DNA of 64,000 nucleotides, taken from the human T2T-CHM13v2.0 reference genome, Homo sapiens. Position numbers and translations under genes: made by a program. Below the pieces are notes generated by a model. The model saw only the letters and a list, made by a program, of their open reading frames with translations, ran no database searches and had not been told where the DNA came from. Positions 26,679-40,575 of the stretch are shown here, one piece after another. The stretch lies in assembly GCF_009914755.1 (NCBI RefSeq), contig NC_060925.1. One strand, 5' to 3'. Each line of letters begins with the position of its first letter. The first letter of the stretch is position 1.

Positions 26679-26956
26679 TTTTTTTTTTTTTTGAGACGGA
26701 GTCTCTGTCACCCAGGTTGGAGTGCAGCAGCGTGATCTCAGCTCACTGCGAGCTCTGCCTCCTGGGTTCACCCCATTCTTCTGCCTCAGCCTCCTACAGT
26801 CGCCCGCCACCACAACCGGCTAATTTTTTTGTATTTTTAGTGGAGACGGGGTTTCACCGTGTTAGCCAGGATGGTCTCGATCTCCTGACCTCGTGATCTG
26901 CAGGCCTCGGCCTCCCAAAGTGCTGGGATTATAGGCTTGAGCCCCCATGCCTGGCC
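26679..26956 (-). mobile_element. AluY-like with a small internal deletion
   Basis: Y-type diagnostics. The usual 'gagtagctggga' segment is missing at about 26793. TSD taatttttttttctt (26666-26680) / taatttttgtttctt (26957-26971). Confidence 0.95.
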
Positions 26957-27104
26957 TAATTTTTGTTTCTTCGGTAGATGACTCAAAAATTGACTTATTT
27001 CACACTGTCAATATACTGGCGGGGAAAATACTCTTTTTTGTTAACTGGAGATTGTTTGAAGACTTGATTCTATCAGCTACTGTCTCTGATGCTTTAGGGA
27101 AAAA

Positions 27105-27225
27105 GAAATCAATTACTTTGAATTTCAAGCTTCTCAATACTAACAATAAAATAGTGATGCTTATCTTACAAAGCTGCCTGAAAAATAAATGAGACTATGT
27201 ATTCAGAGGCATGTAGAATTGTCAT
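27105..27225 (+). mobile_element. MIR 3' fragment
   Basis: 'tatcttacaaagctgcctgaaaaataaatgagactatgta...gcatgtagaa'. Confidence 0.55.
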
Positions 27226-27519
27226 GGACACCCATTATTTTTCCCTGCCTTTTCACTTTTTAAGCTTCTTTCCCATAATTGTAACCTTCCATTAGATATA
27301 TACTAATGATATGCAGGTGCTATCTCAAATATATCATCTTTAAAATAAAAGTAACCTCCAATATTTTTGGCTTTCTTAACATTCTCTGCAAGGAATTGAT
27401 TTATTTAACAACACTTTAAAATATTTGCTACCATCATATTTGTGTCATGCACCATTAATATCTGCATAATTTCCCACCTTTCCCAATCCATGAAAAAAAT
27501 TTTCATTATATTTGCAAAC

Positions 27520-27900
27520 ATGTCCATAACGTATAGATTTCTTTCCATGACTTCAGCTATTATCTAATTCAAGTCATTATTTCTTCCTAGAATTTTTAAA
27601 ATTTATTGATACTTGCCTTTTGTGCTCTATCTACTACTTACTCCCTACCTTCATATCTATTCTGTAAACAGTAGGGAAGAGAGGTGGTTATATCAAAATA
27701 CGAGTCTAGTGGTGCCACTGCTCTTCTAAGGAACCTTGCATTGCTTCTATATTGTATACACATTTCCTTAGGATTTGGATCCTATGAAAGCCCTATGTCC
27801 TAGATTCTAGATGAGTTGGATTTATAGTGTGTGTTAACTGTGAATTTTCCCCTGTTTGATGTTGCCCACACTATCTTTCTGTCTGCAGTTCTACTTACCC
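27520..27900 (+). mobile_element. L2 LINE fragment
   Basis: 'ctaattcaagtcattatttcttcctag', 'gtgccactgctcttctaaggaaccttgcattgcttctatattg' and 'atcctatgaaagccct'. Confidence 0.55.
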
Positions 27901-30611
27901 CAGCTGCTTCCTCCATCTGACAAAAGTTTTATGTTTTTCAGTTTCTTCCATTAGGAACACCATTGACATTTTTCAATTTCTCTCATAAAGGGCAACATTA
28001 AAACTTTGGCATGTGAGAAAGTTAGTTATTTTTCACAAGTATATTCATTGATATGTGGATCTCCCTACTTGTCTTTTAACTCTTAAGAACAAGGGTTTTC
28101 TTCACCATATGTTCTATCTTAGTGTTTTTAACTGAGTAAATAATCAGGGAAAAGTTGATGAAGTGCTATTTTAGTTCCATTTTTTAGAGTTATTTATACT
28201 ACCAAATATAAGACATTTTAATCAATGATCTTATTAAATGAGCAAGAAAAACAAAAATAAGGAAAACCTCTCCACAAGCTATTACCTGTATTTCAACATT
28301 TACACCATTGTGGGAGCTCCATATATGTCAAATCTTACTGCTTTATAAGCTGTGTGACTGAAGCCTGTTTGGTGGCTTTCAATTTTAATTTTACTCATGA
28401 TTTTTAAATGATTTTATTATAATAGGATAAGAATTTGAAGAATAAGTGATTTTCATTTTTACATTGACATTTATTAAAAATTTTATTTTATATATACTTA
28501 TAAGGAATGTAAATAAATAGAAAACAAAGGCCAAAAATGGAACTTCCATACTTCTTATTGACAATATGTTATGCAGCCAGTAGCTCAAAAGTTATTTCAA
28601 AATGATTTTTATACTCTAGTCTATTTGGCAACTTAGCTAAGTACAGGAGCCAGATATTTCTCTCATATTTACTTTCTGAAAGCTTTGCAGGCTATCCTTT
28701 GATTTTTAAATTATAATTTTGCAAAGTATATTCTCTTTTTAAAGCTATTAAAAGCTAGACATGAAAATTAAGAAGTATATTTCAACCATGATGTATGTGT
28801 GTACATGCACGTGTGTGTGTGTGTGTATTGGACAGTGTATGGTAGGTAGAGGAATGGGACATGGGACATAATAAAATTTTGAAACTTGATTCATTTTTCT
28901 CCAATAATCTATTATCTACTCTGGACAACTGTTCAAATATCTATGTAAAAATATCTGCCACATAAAATAATCCTCAGAAGTGATTTGGACCATGTGAAAA
29001 AATTATCTTTATGTGCTTAAAAATTTTATTTAAAGCTATCAGTGTTCTCAATAGGTTTCTAATTTAAAAAGATCACATCACTATAATATTGGGAACATAA
29101 GCTAACTAACTAACTTGTTTTATGTTTCTGATACATCTATATCCATTATTATCAAACAGACTCTTGTTATGTTAATTTTGGTGGTTCTACCTTAAAAAAC
29201 TTGTAAGCCACTTCAAGTAGGTTTTGAACTTCTTGGTGTAATAAACGTAAGTGTACATGTAAATAAATCACTGAAAACTCATCAGGATTTATACTTCTCT
29301 TCCAGCAGAAAGAACTAAAGAATCTTTAAATACATATGTCTAATTATTGAACTTTGTCTCATAAATTTTTTATTCTGGATTTTTTTTCATTCAGCATCTT
29401 ATCTCCAGAGCCCTTTTTCTCTTAAATTATATATTTGAGACAATCCTATATACCGGTGGTAAAACCTCAAACACCTCACAGCTTGTTAATGACTTGACTA
29501 AACACAATGAAAATGAGGACATATTTTGATTTCTGATTATCTTGAACATGATGATATACATCTTTCTAAACATTTATGTTATTAATACTTGTTTATATTC
29601 TTTGTCATATGCTATGAAATTAATTGAGTAATGAAATGTGAAGTGACAGAATAAGAGGGAAGAGAAAAGAGCTAAAGGGGAGCTGGATTGAAAATGATCT
29701 TATGGAAACAGAATTTGATTCAGAACTTCAACCACATTTCATAGTCAACAAGCAAGTTTAAGCAAGTAGAACTTCACATAATTATCTTAAGTGTATGAAA
29801 TGGAAGTGAATGAAATAGTATTCAAATTTGTAAGGCAAACCAATGACTATGACCATTCTCCTAGATCGACTATACAGACTTTTTTCTAAAAGGAAATTAG
29901 GGTTACATGTGAATAAAATTAATTTGGTAATGATGATAAAATAATGGGTATGATAATGCTGTGATAGTCTGAAAGTACAGTGTTATTGTAACGTCAAATA
30001 TTGAATATTATGTGTTCAGAAAAAAATATTCATGAGCAGAGGCTGCCAGGAAGATGTTTATGGCCATTATAAGAGAAGTGATATGGTCCCAAAGAGTGGG
30101 GAGGATCTGTTTTCTGCCATGACTAAATCCAGGAAAATATTTCCTCAAAAAAGAGACTCACAACCTCCACACCACTGTTAAACAGAAAACAAACTAAGCG
30201 TGGTAAAGCAGTGTTTAGGCAAAAGTGTAGAGACATGGAGTCTTCTGGACAGAGTTAGAGAATCATGGTATGATTGTCATCCAGCTACTGAGAAAGCAGT
30301 CTTCAAGCACTTGGTCCAACATAGTTGGAAAAACAAGCTTTGAATAATACAAACACTTGTAGATTCTATACTCAATATTTGTCTTTGTTCAAGTATCCCT
30401 GATGAATGATGAAATAATGAAGATATCTAAAAAGGGAACGGATACTCAGCATACTGAACAGAGGTAAGTCAGATTTACAGTGGAAGGTTACATTTATATG
30501 AAAGTTTTATGCTAGCTCTTTAATTCCCTGACTGTGGGTGATCCTGAGATTCTAGGTGAGGTTTAATTGAGTTTATACACCATCACAGTGCATATGCATT
30601 AGAAGCAATCA

Positions 30612-31010
30612 TAATAGTTCATTCGTTCTTGCGCTGTTATAAAGAACTTCCTGAGACTGGGTAATTTTTAAATAAAGAGGTTTGATTGACTCACAGTTCC
30701 ACAAGCTGTATAGCAAGCATGGCTGGGGAAGCCTTAGGAAACTTAGAATCATTACAGAAGGTGAAGGAGAAGCCGGCACGTCTTACATGGCTGAAGCAGG
30801 AGGAAGAGAGAGTGAAGGGGGAGGTGCCGTACACTTTCCAACAACCAGATTTCTTGAGAACTCTATCAGGAGACAACACTAGGGGAATGGTGCTAAACCA
30901 TTAGAAACCACCTCCAAAATCCAAACACCTCGCACCAGGCCCCTCCTTCAATATTGGGAATTAGAATTCAAAATGAGATTGGGGTGGAAACACAGTGATT
31001 AAATGTCATC
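30612..31010 (-). mobile_element. MSTA-like MaLR solo LTR
   Basis: 'ataaagaacttcctgagactgggtaattt...gactcacagttccacaagctgtatagcaagcatggc...ggaatggtgctaaaccattagaaaccacc...gagattggggtggaaacacag'. Confidence 0.9.
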
Positions 31011-32300
31011 ACCCATTTCCTAAAAAGCAAACTCAGATGAGCCCATGACTGTTCCTATGGCTTACACATAAGTGATCCTAAGAAAAATGGGTAAGGATAT
31101 AGGGAAAACTGAACAAGAAAGAAGTTGGGCAAGTGCTGGATTCCAAACAAAGCCCCTTTTTCCTGCTGGAAAACTGTGAAATATAAGGGATTCATTGGTT
31201 AAAGGATACTCAGGAGAAACCAAAACTCCTTGGTACTTTGAAGCCCAGGGACAGGCCCTGAAGATGCTCAGGTTGTAGAAACAAAAGCACACCAAAGCAG
31301 AGGAATAAATGCTCTGAAAGTTAAGCGTGATTGGAGGGTATTTTGGTGGGGCATGGACAATGTCAGCAGAAATCATTTATAGCTTTTCACATAGCTGATA
31401 GTAATGGTATTCCATGTTGTATCGAATGTCATTGCTGACAATATACATTTTTAAAAAATTCCAGATTGTGGGGTTAGTAGTTTTTAGAAGATTCTACTGT
31501 CATTTTCACAAAGTTCCGAGTTATAGAAAACCAAAAGTGTTGCAAAATATAGACCACTTGTTCCACGTAGAGCAGTTCTTCAGAGAGAACTAATACAGGT
31601 AAACACCTTTAATTAATTAATTGACGTATAAACCACACTTACCTGTCTAAATACATTCTAAGCTATACTATGTAAATTTGTTAGGGATTGATTAATAAAA
31701 TTTAGATGGATGTACTTAAGAGCCTGTTAGAAGTTGGAAATAAAATTATTATTGCAGTTATGTTTATATCTAATTATAATTAAAGCTATTAATTTTAGTT
31801 TGTGCTTCTTTTCACTCTTTTCATGTAGAGACCACCAAATAGTGAACAGCAGCAATAAAGCATCACTACCTAAATGCTATTTGTCTGAGGAGATCTTGAA
31901 TAACATGGTAATGCCTTTGCAAGAATAAGCAGGAATAATGATATTAGATGGCAAATATGGGTAGATATTTATTCACTTCAGACATCGGTGAGACTACAAT
32001 TTACTAAAATAATTGAACTTTTAGAAATCTAGAGTTAATTGGTAGGATTTTCTTGATATAAATTAGGTGTAACCAAATAGCACTATTTTTTTTAATAGAC
32101 CTTTGGATACCATAATTTTTGGTCTCCAAAGTTCACCAAGTTGGTTTCAAAGTTTAATTTTTTTCTTGAGAGAAAAACATGAAAAGCCCATGAAGTTTCA
32201 GTCTGATAAACAGGAGGAATCTATGTACCTGTGTGATCTATGTACCTACATGATCTTGCTCTTGCTCTAGATATTTAGTGAAGACATAATTAACGTTGTC

Positions 32301-32604
32301 TTTTGCCTTTTTTTCTTTCTTTTTTGAGACAAGGTCCCGTTCTGTCACACATGCTGGAGTACAGTGGTGCAGTCACTGTTTACTTCAGCCTTGACCTCCT
32401 GGAGTCAAGCTATCCCCTCACATCAGCTTCCTGATTAGATGGGACTACAGCAGCTTACCACTATACCTGAGTTGTTTAAAACAATGTTGTAGACATGGGA
32501 TCTCATTCTATTACCCAGGCTGGTCACAAATTCCTGGGCTCAAGCAATCCTGTGCCAGCCTCCCAATGTGCTGGGATTACAGGCCTGAACCACCATACCT
32601 GACC
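32301..32604 (-). mobile_element. AluJ, full length
   Basis: J-type 'cagccttgacctcctgg...ctgggctcaagcaatcc'. TSD taacgttgtctttt / taacattgtttttt. Confidence 0.92.
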
Positions 32605-33860
32605 TAACATTGTTTTTTTTTTAAACGGAGGAAGACAATCTAGCCCAATGCTAGATACTGAGGTAATAGGTAGCTGTAAAGAATTGTTATAAAAAATAGG
32701 TGAGGTGTTACTTCTGTCCTCAAGAGACTTATACCCCATTTTGAAAAATATAACTAAGAGATCTTGATGTGAAAAGAGTTCTATTCAATAAGAATTAATG
32801 CAAAATTGTGTCAAAAGAATTGAGGGCACATTTTGCTTTTTGGAATAATTGTAGGGCCAATACAATTATGATTGCATAGTTAAGAATTCAAAGACATGTC
32901 TAAGCTGGTCTCTAAGCAATGGCTTATTTACAGGTAATTTCTTGGTAAGTTACTTTAGCATTTAAACATACCAATGATTTAGCACTACCATAGAAAATAA
33001 GCAACAAGACAAAGGCAATTAAGTAAGACAGAAACAATTATAGGCAAGGCCTAATAGTAGTTTGTATAATTTTTGGAATAAAGTCAACAACGCACTAAAA
33101 TAAAAGACACTAAGAAAATAATGAGTTATACATTTCTAGTGTCAGGTAGGGTGCAATTGTGAAAAATGTTTCCACAATCCCAAGAGTCATCATTCAAAGT
33201 CAGAGGCAACCCTGACCACGAACTGTTAGGAAAAAAAAAAAAAAAAAGAGTTCCTGAATTTGAAGGGTCTAACCCTAAAAGAGGATCACTTTAAAAGATT
33301 CAGGTCAGAAAAAATAAGAAATCAAGGAGTACAGAAAAGGCTGTGCCAGCCACTCTGGACAAAAAGAGAGCCAGACATACATAGATGGAGTCTCAAGATA
33401 TAGTCAACACAGTCATAATGCCAGCCCCAAGGTAGAATGAGAGCCAAGACCTGTTTGGGAAGTGAATGATGCTAAATGAGAAAGGGAAATTTAGTGCCAG
33501 AGTTTTTTAGACTGAAATAGCCAAATGCTGGTACAGAACAATTGCATTCTCCAAGGATATTTTCAATTCACACTGACAAAAATTGAATCCATTAACTGTC
33601 TTTAATTGTCTGTTTTTAATTTTTTCTATTTCTTTATTTTATGTTGAATATACTCCTACAAAAGAATATGTGGAATACAATTGTAGCTAAAAAATAATAG
33701 CATGCAAGTATTTATCAGTGTAAGAATTAGCATAACATGTATGCATTAATACATTCAAATCCCTTTCCTAAAATGTAATCACCATTATGCAAAACTTCTG
33801 ACTTTTTTCACTTTTCCTTTTCATTACGGCAAATTCATATATATGCATAAATAACTCTAA

Positions 33861-34160
33861 GGGCTAGGGATAAATAACTCTAAGGGCCCACCACTTTGGA
33901 AGGCCGAGGTGGGTGAATCACTTGGGTCCAGGAGTTTGAGACCCGCCTGGGCAATGTGGTGAAATGCCATGTCTACAAGAAATTAAAAAATTAACCATGT
34001 CTGGTGGTGTGCACCTCTAGTTCCAGCTACTCAGGAGGCTGACGTAGGAGGATTGCTTGTGTCTGAAATATTGAGGCTGCAGTGAGCTGTGATTGCATCA
34101 CTGCCCTCCAGCCTGGGTGACAGAACAAGACCCTGTCTCAAAACAAAACAAAAAATAAAT
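33861..34160 (+). mobile_element. AluJ whose 5' end is replaced by a duplication of the flank
   Basis: Alu body runs from ccaccactttggaaggccgagg to gaccctgtctcaaaacaaaac, with the J-type 'gaggattgcttg...gaggctgcagtgagc'. Confidence 0.92.
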
Positions 34161-35619
34161 CCGACAATCATAATTAGTTACGGAATTTTCATATAGATTA
34201 AATCAAAATATAATTTTTGTCAAGAAGGTATCTATTATAATTTCTTTCTATAAGGATATCTAATTTTCTCAGTGATGTTTACTTATATTTATTTATTTAT
34301 TTAGTAAGACAAAATAAATTTTATGTTATCTTTCATTTTTATCTTAGGAGTAGCCTAACAATTGGCAATCTTTTTAGATATTTGACCAGTTAAAATAATA
34401 TTTTTTAACCACTTATGCATAGGACATAAAATTTCATTGTTTAATATGAAATTTAAAAGATGGGTCCATTTTCTTTCTATTTTTCTAATGAGTTAATAAA
34501 TATTTGTCATTGATTTGAATTGTTGACACATGAAGCTATTATATGTATGATAGCATAAACTGAAAAGTTTATTTTCTGAAAGATATTTTAGGAAATTCCT
34601 AAAAAGTCGTTTTTTCATAGGAATAAAGAATACATTTCAAACCCTCATAGTTAATTCTTCATCTATATATAGAAATCTAGAATGTGATTTAAATAGAGAA
34701 AACATATGAATATATCCGAAGACAGAATGACTGAATTCGTCATGCATTGGTTTCTCTCAGGGGTATGCTGGTGATATAGGGTAACGCTGCTCTCCATGGT
34801 TAGACTTCTTGTGGGCATTTCTCTACCTTGAATATATGTTCCTGTTTCTTTTGGCCCTGCTGGTTATCACAGATTGATTGAATTCTTACCTGTCAGAAAT
34901 CACAGTTTTGTTTTTCATTTAATTAAGACTATTTAAATGAGCTGTTCTTCCTTCTCTACAGTAAAGCTGCACCCTCCTCACTGCCCCTGCTCAGCATTTT
35001 ATTCCAATTAAATGCAACTGCCTCCTTTGTCATAATTCCCCCAAATATGCCAACTTAAAAAATAAAAACTCTGATTTGGTGACATTTTTTGGCTATTTAA
35101 TGGGAACTTGAGGAGCTCACAGTCAGTCTGATTCTAGTCTTTGAATATCCTTTCCTTTCCTTGGAGTTTCTCTTTATACATCACCTAATGTAACACACTG
35201 TGAGTAACTTTAATCACTAACATTTTTTTCCCTATAGATGTACCATGTTTACTTTTCATTAGAAAAATGCAGATTACTCTGCATAATATATAATATCTAT
35301 CTTTATATTTTGTTTATTCCCCAACATTTTTTTTACTTTCAATAAGAGGCAACTTTGGACAGATTATTGTTATTTCATCAAAATGACTTTATTATGGCTA
35401 TAGAGTATAACTGTGCTCATATTCAAAGAGATAAGAGCTAACACAGCTTTTGATTAGTAATGGGATATTATGTAAAAATTCAATAGCAGACCATACATTG
35501 AAGAGTTATTTAAAATATATTTATAAATAACTACTTGTATGGATTGTGGTATCAGAATGGAAAAAGAAAACCTATAGATGTGAATCTGTGATTGTTCCCT
35601 TCCCTGTCTCTCTATCTCA

Positions 35620-38009
35620 TTGGTAAGAATTTTTCTCTTCCAGCAGGAGGATGGTAATGAAAAGCTTTAGCAGCTTTCTTTTTAGAGGGAAACACACTTG
35701 ATTTGGACTGACAAAGGGAAGCCCAAATTTTTGTCAGCGGCAAGTGGTAGAGTCATTAAGAAAGGATGCTGCATAACTGTAGCTTTGCTAGCTGAATTGA
35801 TTCAACTATAACCATAACATTAAATAGGAGAGTTTAGAAAAGAGAGAGCTATCGAAGGCATAAGCAAATTTCTCCATACATTCCTGGCTGAGTAAGAAAC
35901 TTTTTTTAGGCAGTTGAGACATTAGATAACCTGGAGAAAAGTGAAAGACAAGGAAATCTTGAAAGCTGGTCACAACTTTGAACGTGTTCCTCAATCCAAA
36001 AACTAATTGATTGGCAGAGGGCGAAGCCTTTATGTGCTTAAGGTTTTTGAGCACAATATCTATTCCAGTCATTGCCTGACCAATAAGCTATTCAGATACA
36101 GAAGCATCCTTTAGGAAGACAGACTTTTTAAAAATTTACAATAGGTTGAAAAAATGCTATACAGTTCAATAAGTGTCTAAACACAATGAGAGGGACAGAT
36201 GCTACTGTTTAAGTACTGGCAACTTGATTAAATAAAACAGCAACCTTCAGAAAAACATTTTTTTAATTCAGAGTTTCCATACTATATTATTAAAAATGTT
36301 ATATTTTAATACAAAATTAGTAGACATGAAGTGCCATAAGAAAGTGTGATCCATACTTAGGGGGAAAATGGTCACAATAAACTGACCATGAGGAGTTCTG
36401 GGTGTTCCATTTAGCAAAAACTGACTTCATAGAAGTTATTATGAATATATCTACGAAGTAAAGAAACTATGTGAACAATGAACAAACAGGGAAATTCAAT
36501 TGAAAAATACAAACTATAATAAAGAACCAAATGGAATCCTGTAGATTAAAAATATAGCAACTAAAATGAAAAACATTCACTAATTATACTCAACAACAGA
36601 CTTGAAATGATAAAGAAAAAAATCTGTGAATTTGAAAATATATTAATAGAAATTATCTAATCCAAAATATAGAAAAGAGAGCTTAAATCAAAGTTAAAAG
36701 GGACTCAATGACCTATGGAACACAATCAATCATTCCAACATACACTTAATGGAAGTCCCGAAAGGAGAGGAGATATGAAAAATGATAGAAAATTTGAGAA
36801 AATAGTGATCCAATACTTATTAAATTTTATGTAAAATAACCCACTAATCAAAGAAGTTCAACAAACACAAAATGAATCGCACAAAGACATGATAGTAAAG
36901 CAGCTGAAAGCCAAAGAGAAATAAGCCAAAGATTGTAACTCATAGTGTACGGAACAACGTGATTAAAAACAGCTGGCTTCTTAGAAAAAGAAAAAAAGCA
37001 GGACAGTGGAATTACATATTTAAAAGGTTTAAAGATAATCAATTCAACCAATAATTCTTTATCCAGCAGAAATATCCTAGGATTCTTCAAGTAAAAAGGT
37101 GAAATAAAATTCTTCTCAGACGAATAAAATACTCAGCAAATATGTTTCCAGCAGACTTTCCCCCCACAAGAAATACTAAAGGAAGGACTAATAATAAAAG
37201 AAAACGGATCAGATGTAGTAACTGATCTACAGGGACAATCAATGCCAGAAATAGTAATATTTTGGCAAATATATTATATGTGGACTACATGTGTATGTGT
37301 ACAATTTTTTCAGTCTTCTATTAATTTAGTAAAAAGAATCATAATATTGACCCAATCAATAATTATATCACTAAATTCCTGGGTTTATGAAGAATTTAGG
37401 TGCATTATACATGTATATAAGAGCAAAAAGAAGGGGAATAGAATAATACTAGTGTGTAGTTGCTATGTTTTATAAAAAATTGTATTAAAGATGCTTATTG
37501 TAATTTTAGTGCAACAAAAAATAACTCATAAAAACAGAGAACTTAAAATGATAAGCTAAAAATATTTATTTAACAAAGAAAAGGTTTGTAAAGAAGGAAT
37601 AGAAATATGAAAAAGATAAGAAATATAAACATTTAAAAAATCAAATAGCATAATGACAAACCCAAATCCAAACATATAGTTGCATTAAATGTGCAGACTA
37701 AATACTAATCAAAGGCCATCAGTTTCCAGACTGGATGAAAAAAATGAAGAAAAAATTGATGTAGCTATATGCTCGCTATATAAAATATTTTTATATTCAA
37801 AGACACAATTAGATTTAAAATAAATGACATAGCAGGCAACAACTATAAAAGAGATGGAGTAGCTATGTTATCATTAGACATAAAAGATTCTAAGAAAAAG
37901 AATATTACTAGAGTCCAAGAGGGACATTTTATTTTAAAAAGGTTGAATACAACAGGAAGACACAACATTTATACATGTATTTGCTCTTAAAAGAACTCCC
38001 AAATACATT

Positions 38010-38049
<40 letters not shown>

Positions 38050-38690
38050 CAGAATTGGAAAGAGAAATTAAAATTTAAATATAATTGAGGATTTCAATAG
38101 TGCTTTCTTAGTAATTGATAGACCATCTTGACAGAAAATCAGTAGGTATATGGAATACTTACTTAACATTATCAATTAAATTGAACTGAAAGGTACAAAA
38201 CTCTAACCAGCTGCAGCTGAATACACATTTTTATCAAGTGCATATGGCACATTGTCTAGGATAAGCCAAATACTAAGTCAAAAAATCTTATTGCATTTAA
38301 AATTATTAAAATTGTGCAAAGTATATTATGTAATTTCATTGGATTTTAATCAGAAACTACCAGCAGAATAAAATCTAGGAAATCTCCAAGTATATAGAAA
38401 TAAAATAACACAAGTCACAAAGAAAATCAGAAAATATTTTGATTTGATTGAAAATGAAAAGTAGCAATCAATCTACTTTAAAACTACTAATCTAAGTTTC
38501 TTCTACCTTAAATATCTAGAAAACGAGGCATATGTCAAATCAAACACAAACAGAAAAAAGTGTGTGGGGATAGAATATCAGAATAAAAATAAATGAGATC
38601 AAATAACAAAAAAATTAATGAAACCAAAATTAATTATTTCAAAAGATAAAAAATGGATAACCTATCAGACCTATTAGTGACAGAGAAAAG

Positions 38691-38726
<36 letters not shown>

Positions 38727-40575
38727 GTTACAAAAATCAGAAATGAGAGAGGTTTCCTCACTACAGATTTTGGAACAATTAAAAAGATTAGATGGTATTA
38801 TTATTAATAACATTATGTCAATGAAGTACACAAATTTCTAGCAACACACAAATAATCCTTGTGAACTTTTTAGGTAAATGAAAGTCTTATTAAACTTACA
38901 TTAATGGAAGAAACGGATTTAGTAAAGAAAAATCTTCCCCTAAACAAGTTCAAGCCCAAATGGTTTCAACATGTGAATTCTATCAAAATTCTAAGAAATA
39001 AATTATACATGTCCACACAGACTCTTACAGAAAATGGAGAAGGTGGAAATGTTTCTCTACTCACTTTATAAGTCCCATGTTTCCCTGATACCAAATGAGA
39101 TAAAAACATAGAAAGGAAACTATGAAATAGCATTTCTTGTAAAAATAAAAAAATTAAATTAAATATTAACTATTTAGAAAAATATAAAATAGTCATGTAT
39201 CATGAGCAAACGTGTTTTATTTCAGAAATGTAAGGTTGTTTGAAGATTTAAAATTAGTTATTAAAACCCACAAGATTAAAAGAATAAAAGAAAAATACCA
39301 TAAGATCATCCCAATAAATGTAGAAGAACCATTGGATAAAATTCAGCATCCATTCATTTTTAAATGGGTCAACAAACTAAGAATATCATGGGCAATCATT
39401 AACCTAATATACAGCATCTATGAAAAACATACAGCTTCCTTCATACTTAATGATATAGGTCTGAATAATTTGCACCTAAGACTGGAAAAAGAGCACAGAC
39501 GTTCACTCTTTGCACTGCTGATCAATACAGTTGATTCCTGAACACATGGGTTTGAACTGTGTAGGTCCACATATAGGATAATTTTTTCCCACAAATACAT
39601 TGGAAAATTTTGGGGAGTTTTTTTACAGTTTGAAAAAACTTACAGATGAGCCACATAGTCTAGAGATGTTGAAAAAAATTAGGAAAAGTTAGGCATGTCA
39701 TGAACGCCTAAAATACATGCAGATTTTAATCTATTTAAGCATTAACTGTTCATGTTTTTCGTAGGGTTTCAGGTCATCACAGGCTAGTAGCAGTTCAGTT
39801 TTTGGTGAGTCAAAAGTTATACATGGATTTTTGACTGCTTAGGAGGGAGTTGGTGGCACTAACTCCTGTATTGGTCATGGGGCAATTATATTTTATAGGC
39901 AGTCCGAGACAATGCAGTGAGACCCAGAAGAGAAATTAAAGGCATACAGGTGGGAAAGGATGACATAAAACTGTCTTTATTCAATGATGATATGATCATA
40001 TCTGAGATTCCTAAGGATTTAGGAGGGGTTATCTATCACCTTCCTATAATAATGTTTAACAAGGACATGAGATACATGATTATTATATAAAAATCAACTA
40101 TAATTTTATAGACTATTTACAGTTTTGAAAAGTGAAGCTAAGAAATGATTTCTTTCACAATAATATCAAGATGAACAAAAACTTTTAGCAATGGAAATTC
40201 AATTTCTGCATAAATAAAACCATGAATCATTACTGAAATAAAATAAAATACTACTGTGAAATACAAAGGAAAACACTATATACATGCAACAATGTGAATA
40301 AACCTCAAAAAAGGGCCAGACACATAACTACTTGTTGCATGATTCCAAATCTACAAAATTTCATGAGAAGAAAAAATTATAAAAATATAATTAGATTAGT
40401 AGTGGTCTGGGGTTAGGGATCATGACTGATCCTTGGAGTGAAGAGAATAATCTAAACTGGGATGTGGAGATGGTCATCTAATTGAATATATTTATTAAGT
40501 CTCATTGAAATGAACAATTAAAATGAGTGAATTAAAAGGAATGTAAATTTTGCCATGCTAAAGTAATTTAAAGAG
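35620..40575 (+). mobile_element. Old L1M (L1M4/MB/MC-like) LINE-1: 5'UTR, decayed ORF1, decayed ORF2 and 3'UTR pieces
   Basis: ORF1-like 'aagaaccaaatggaatcctgtagattaaaaaat' and 'caataattctttatccagcagaaatatcc'. ORF2-like peptide at 39212-39541 (KEKYHKIIPINVEEPLDKIQHPF...IYEKHTASFILN). L1M 3' end 'gtgaattaaaaggaatgtaaattttgcc...aaagt'. (CA)n at 38014-38045 and 38693-38722. Confidence 0.8.
39528..39888. mobile_element. Tigger2a (MER28-type) MITE inserted in the old L1
   Basis: TIR-like ends cagttgattcctgaaca ... tggtcatggggcaatta, with TA on both sides. Confidence 0.88.

Noticed and set aside
31638-31646. Consensus minus-strand donor (CAG|GTAAGT), with similar sites at ~19270 and ~34885
   Set aside because: No convincing paired acceptors or open frames. 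Isolated donors are expected by chance in 64 kb.
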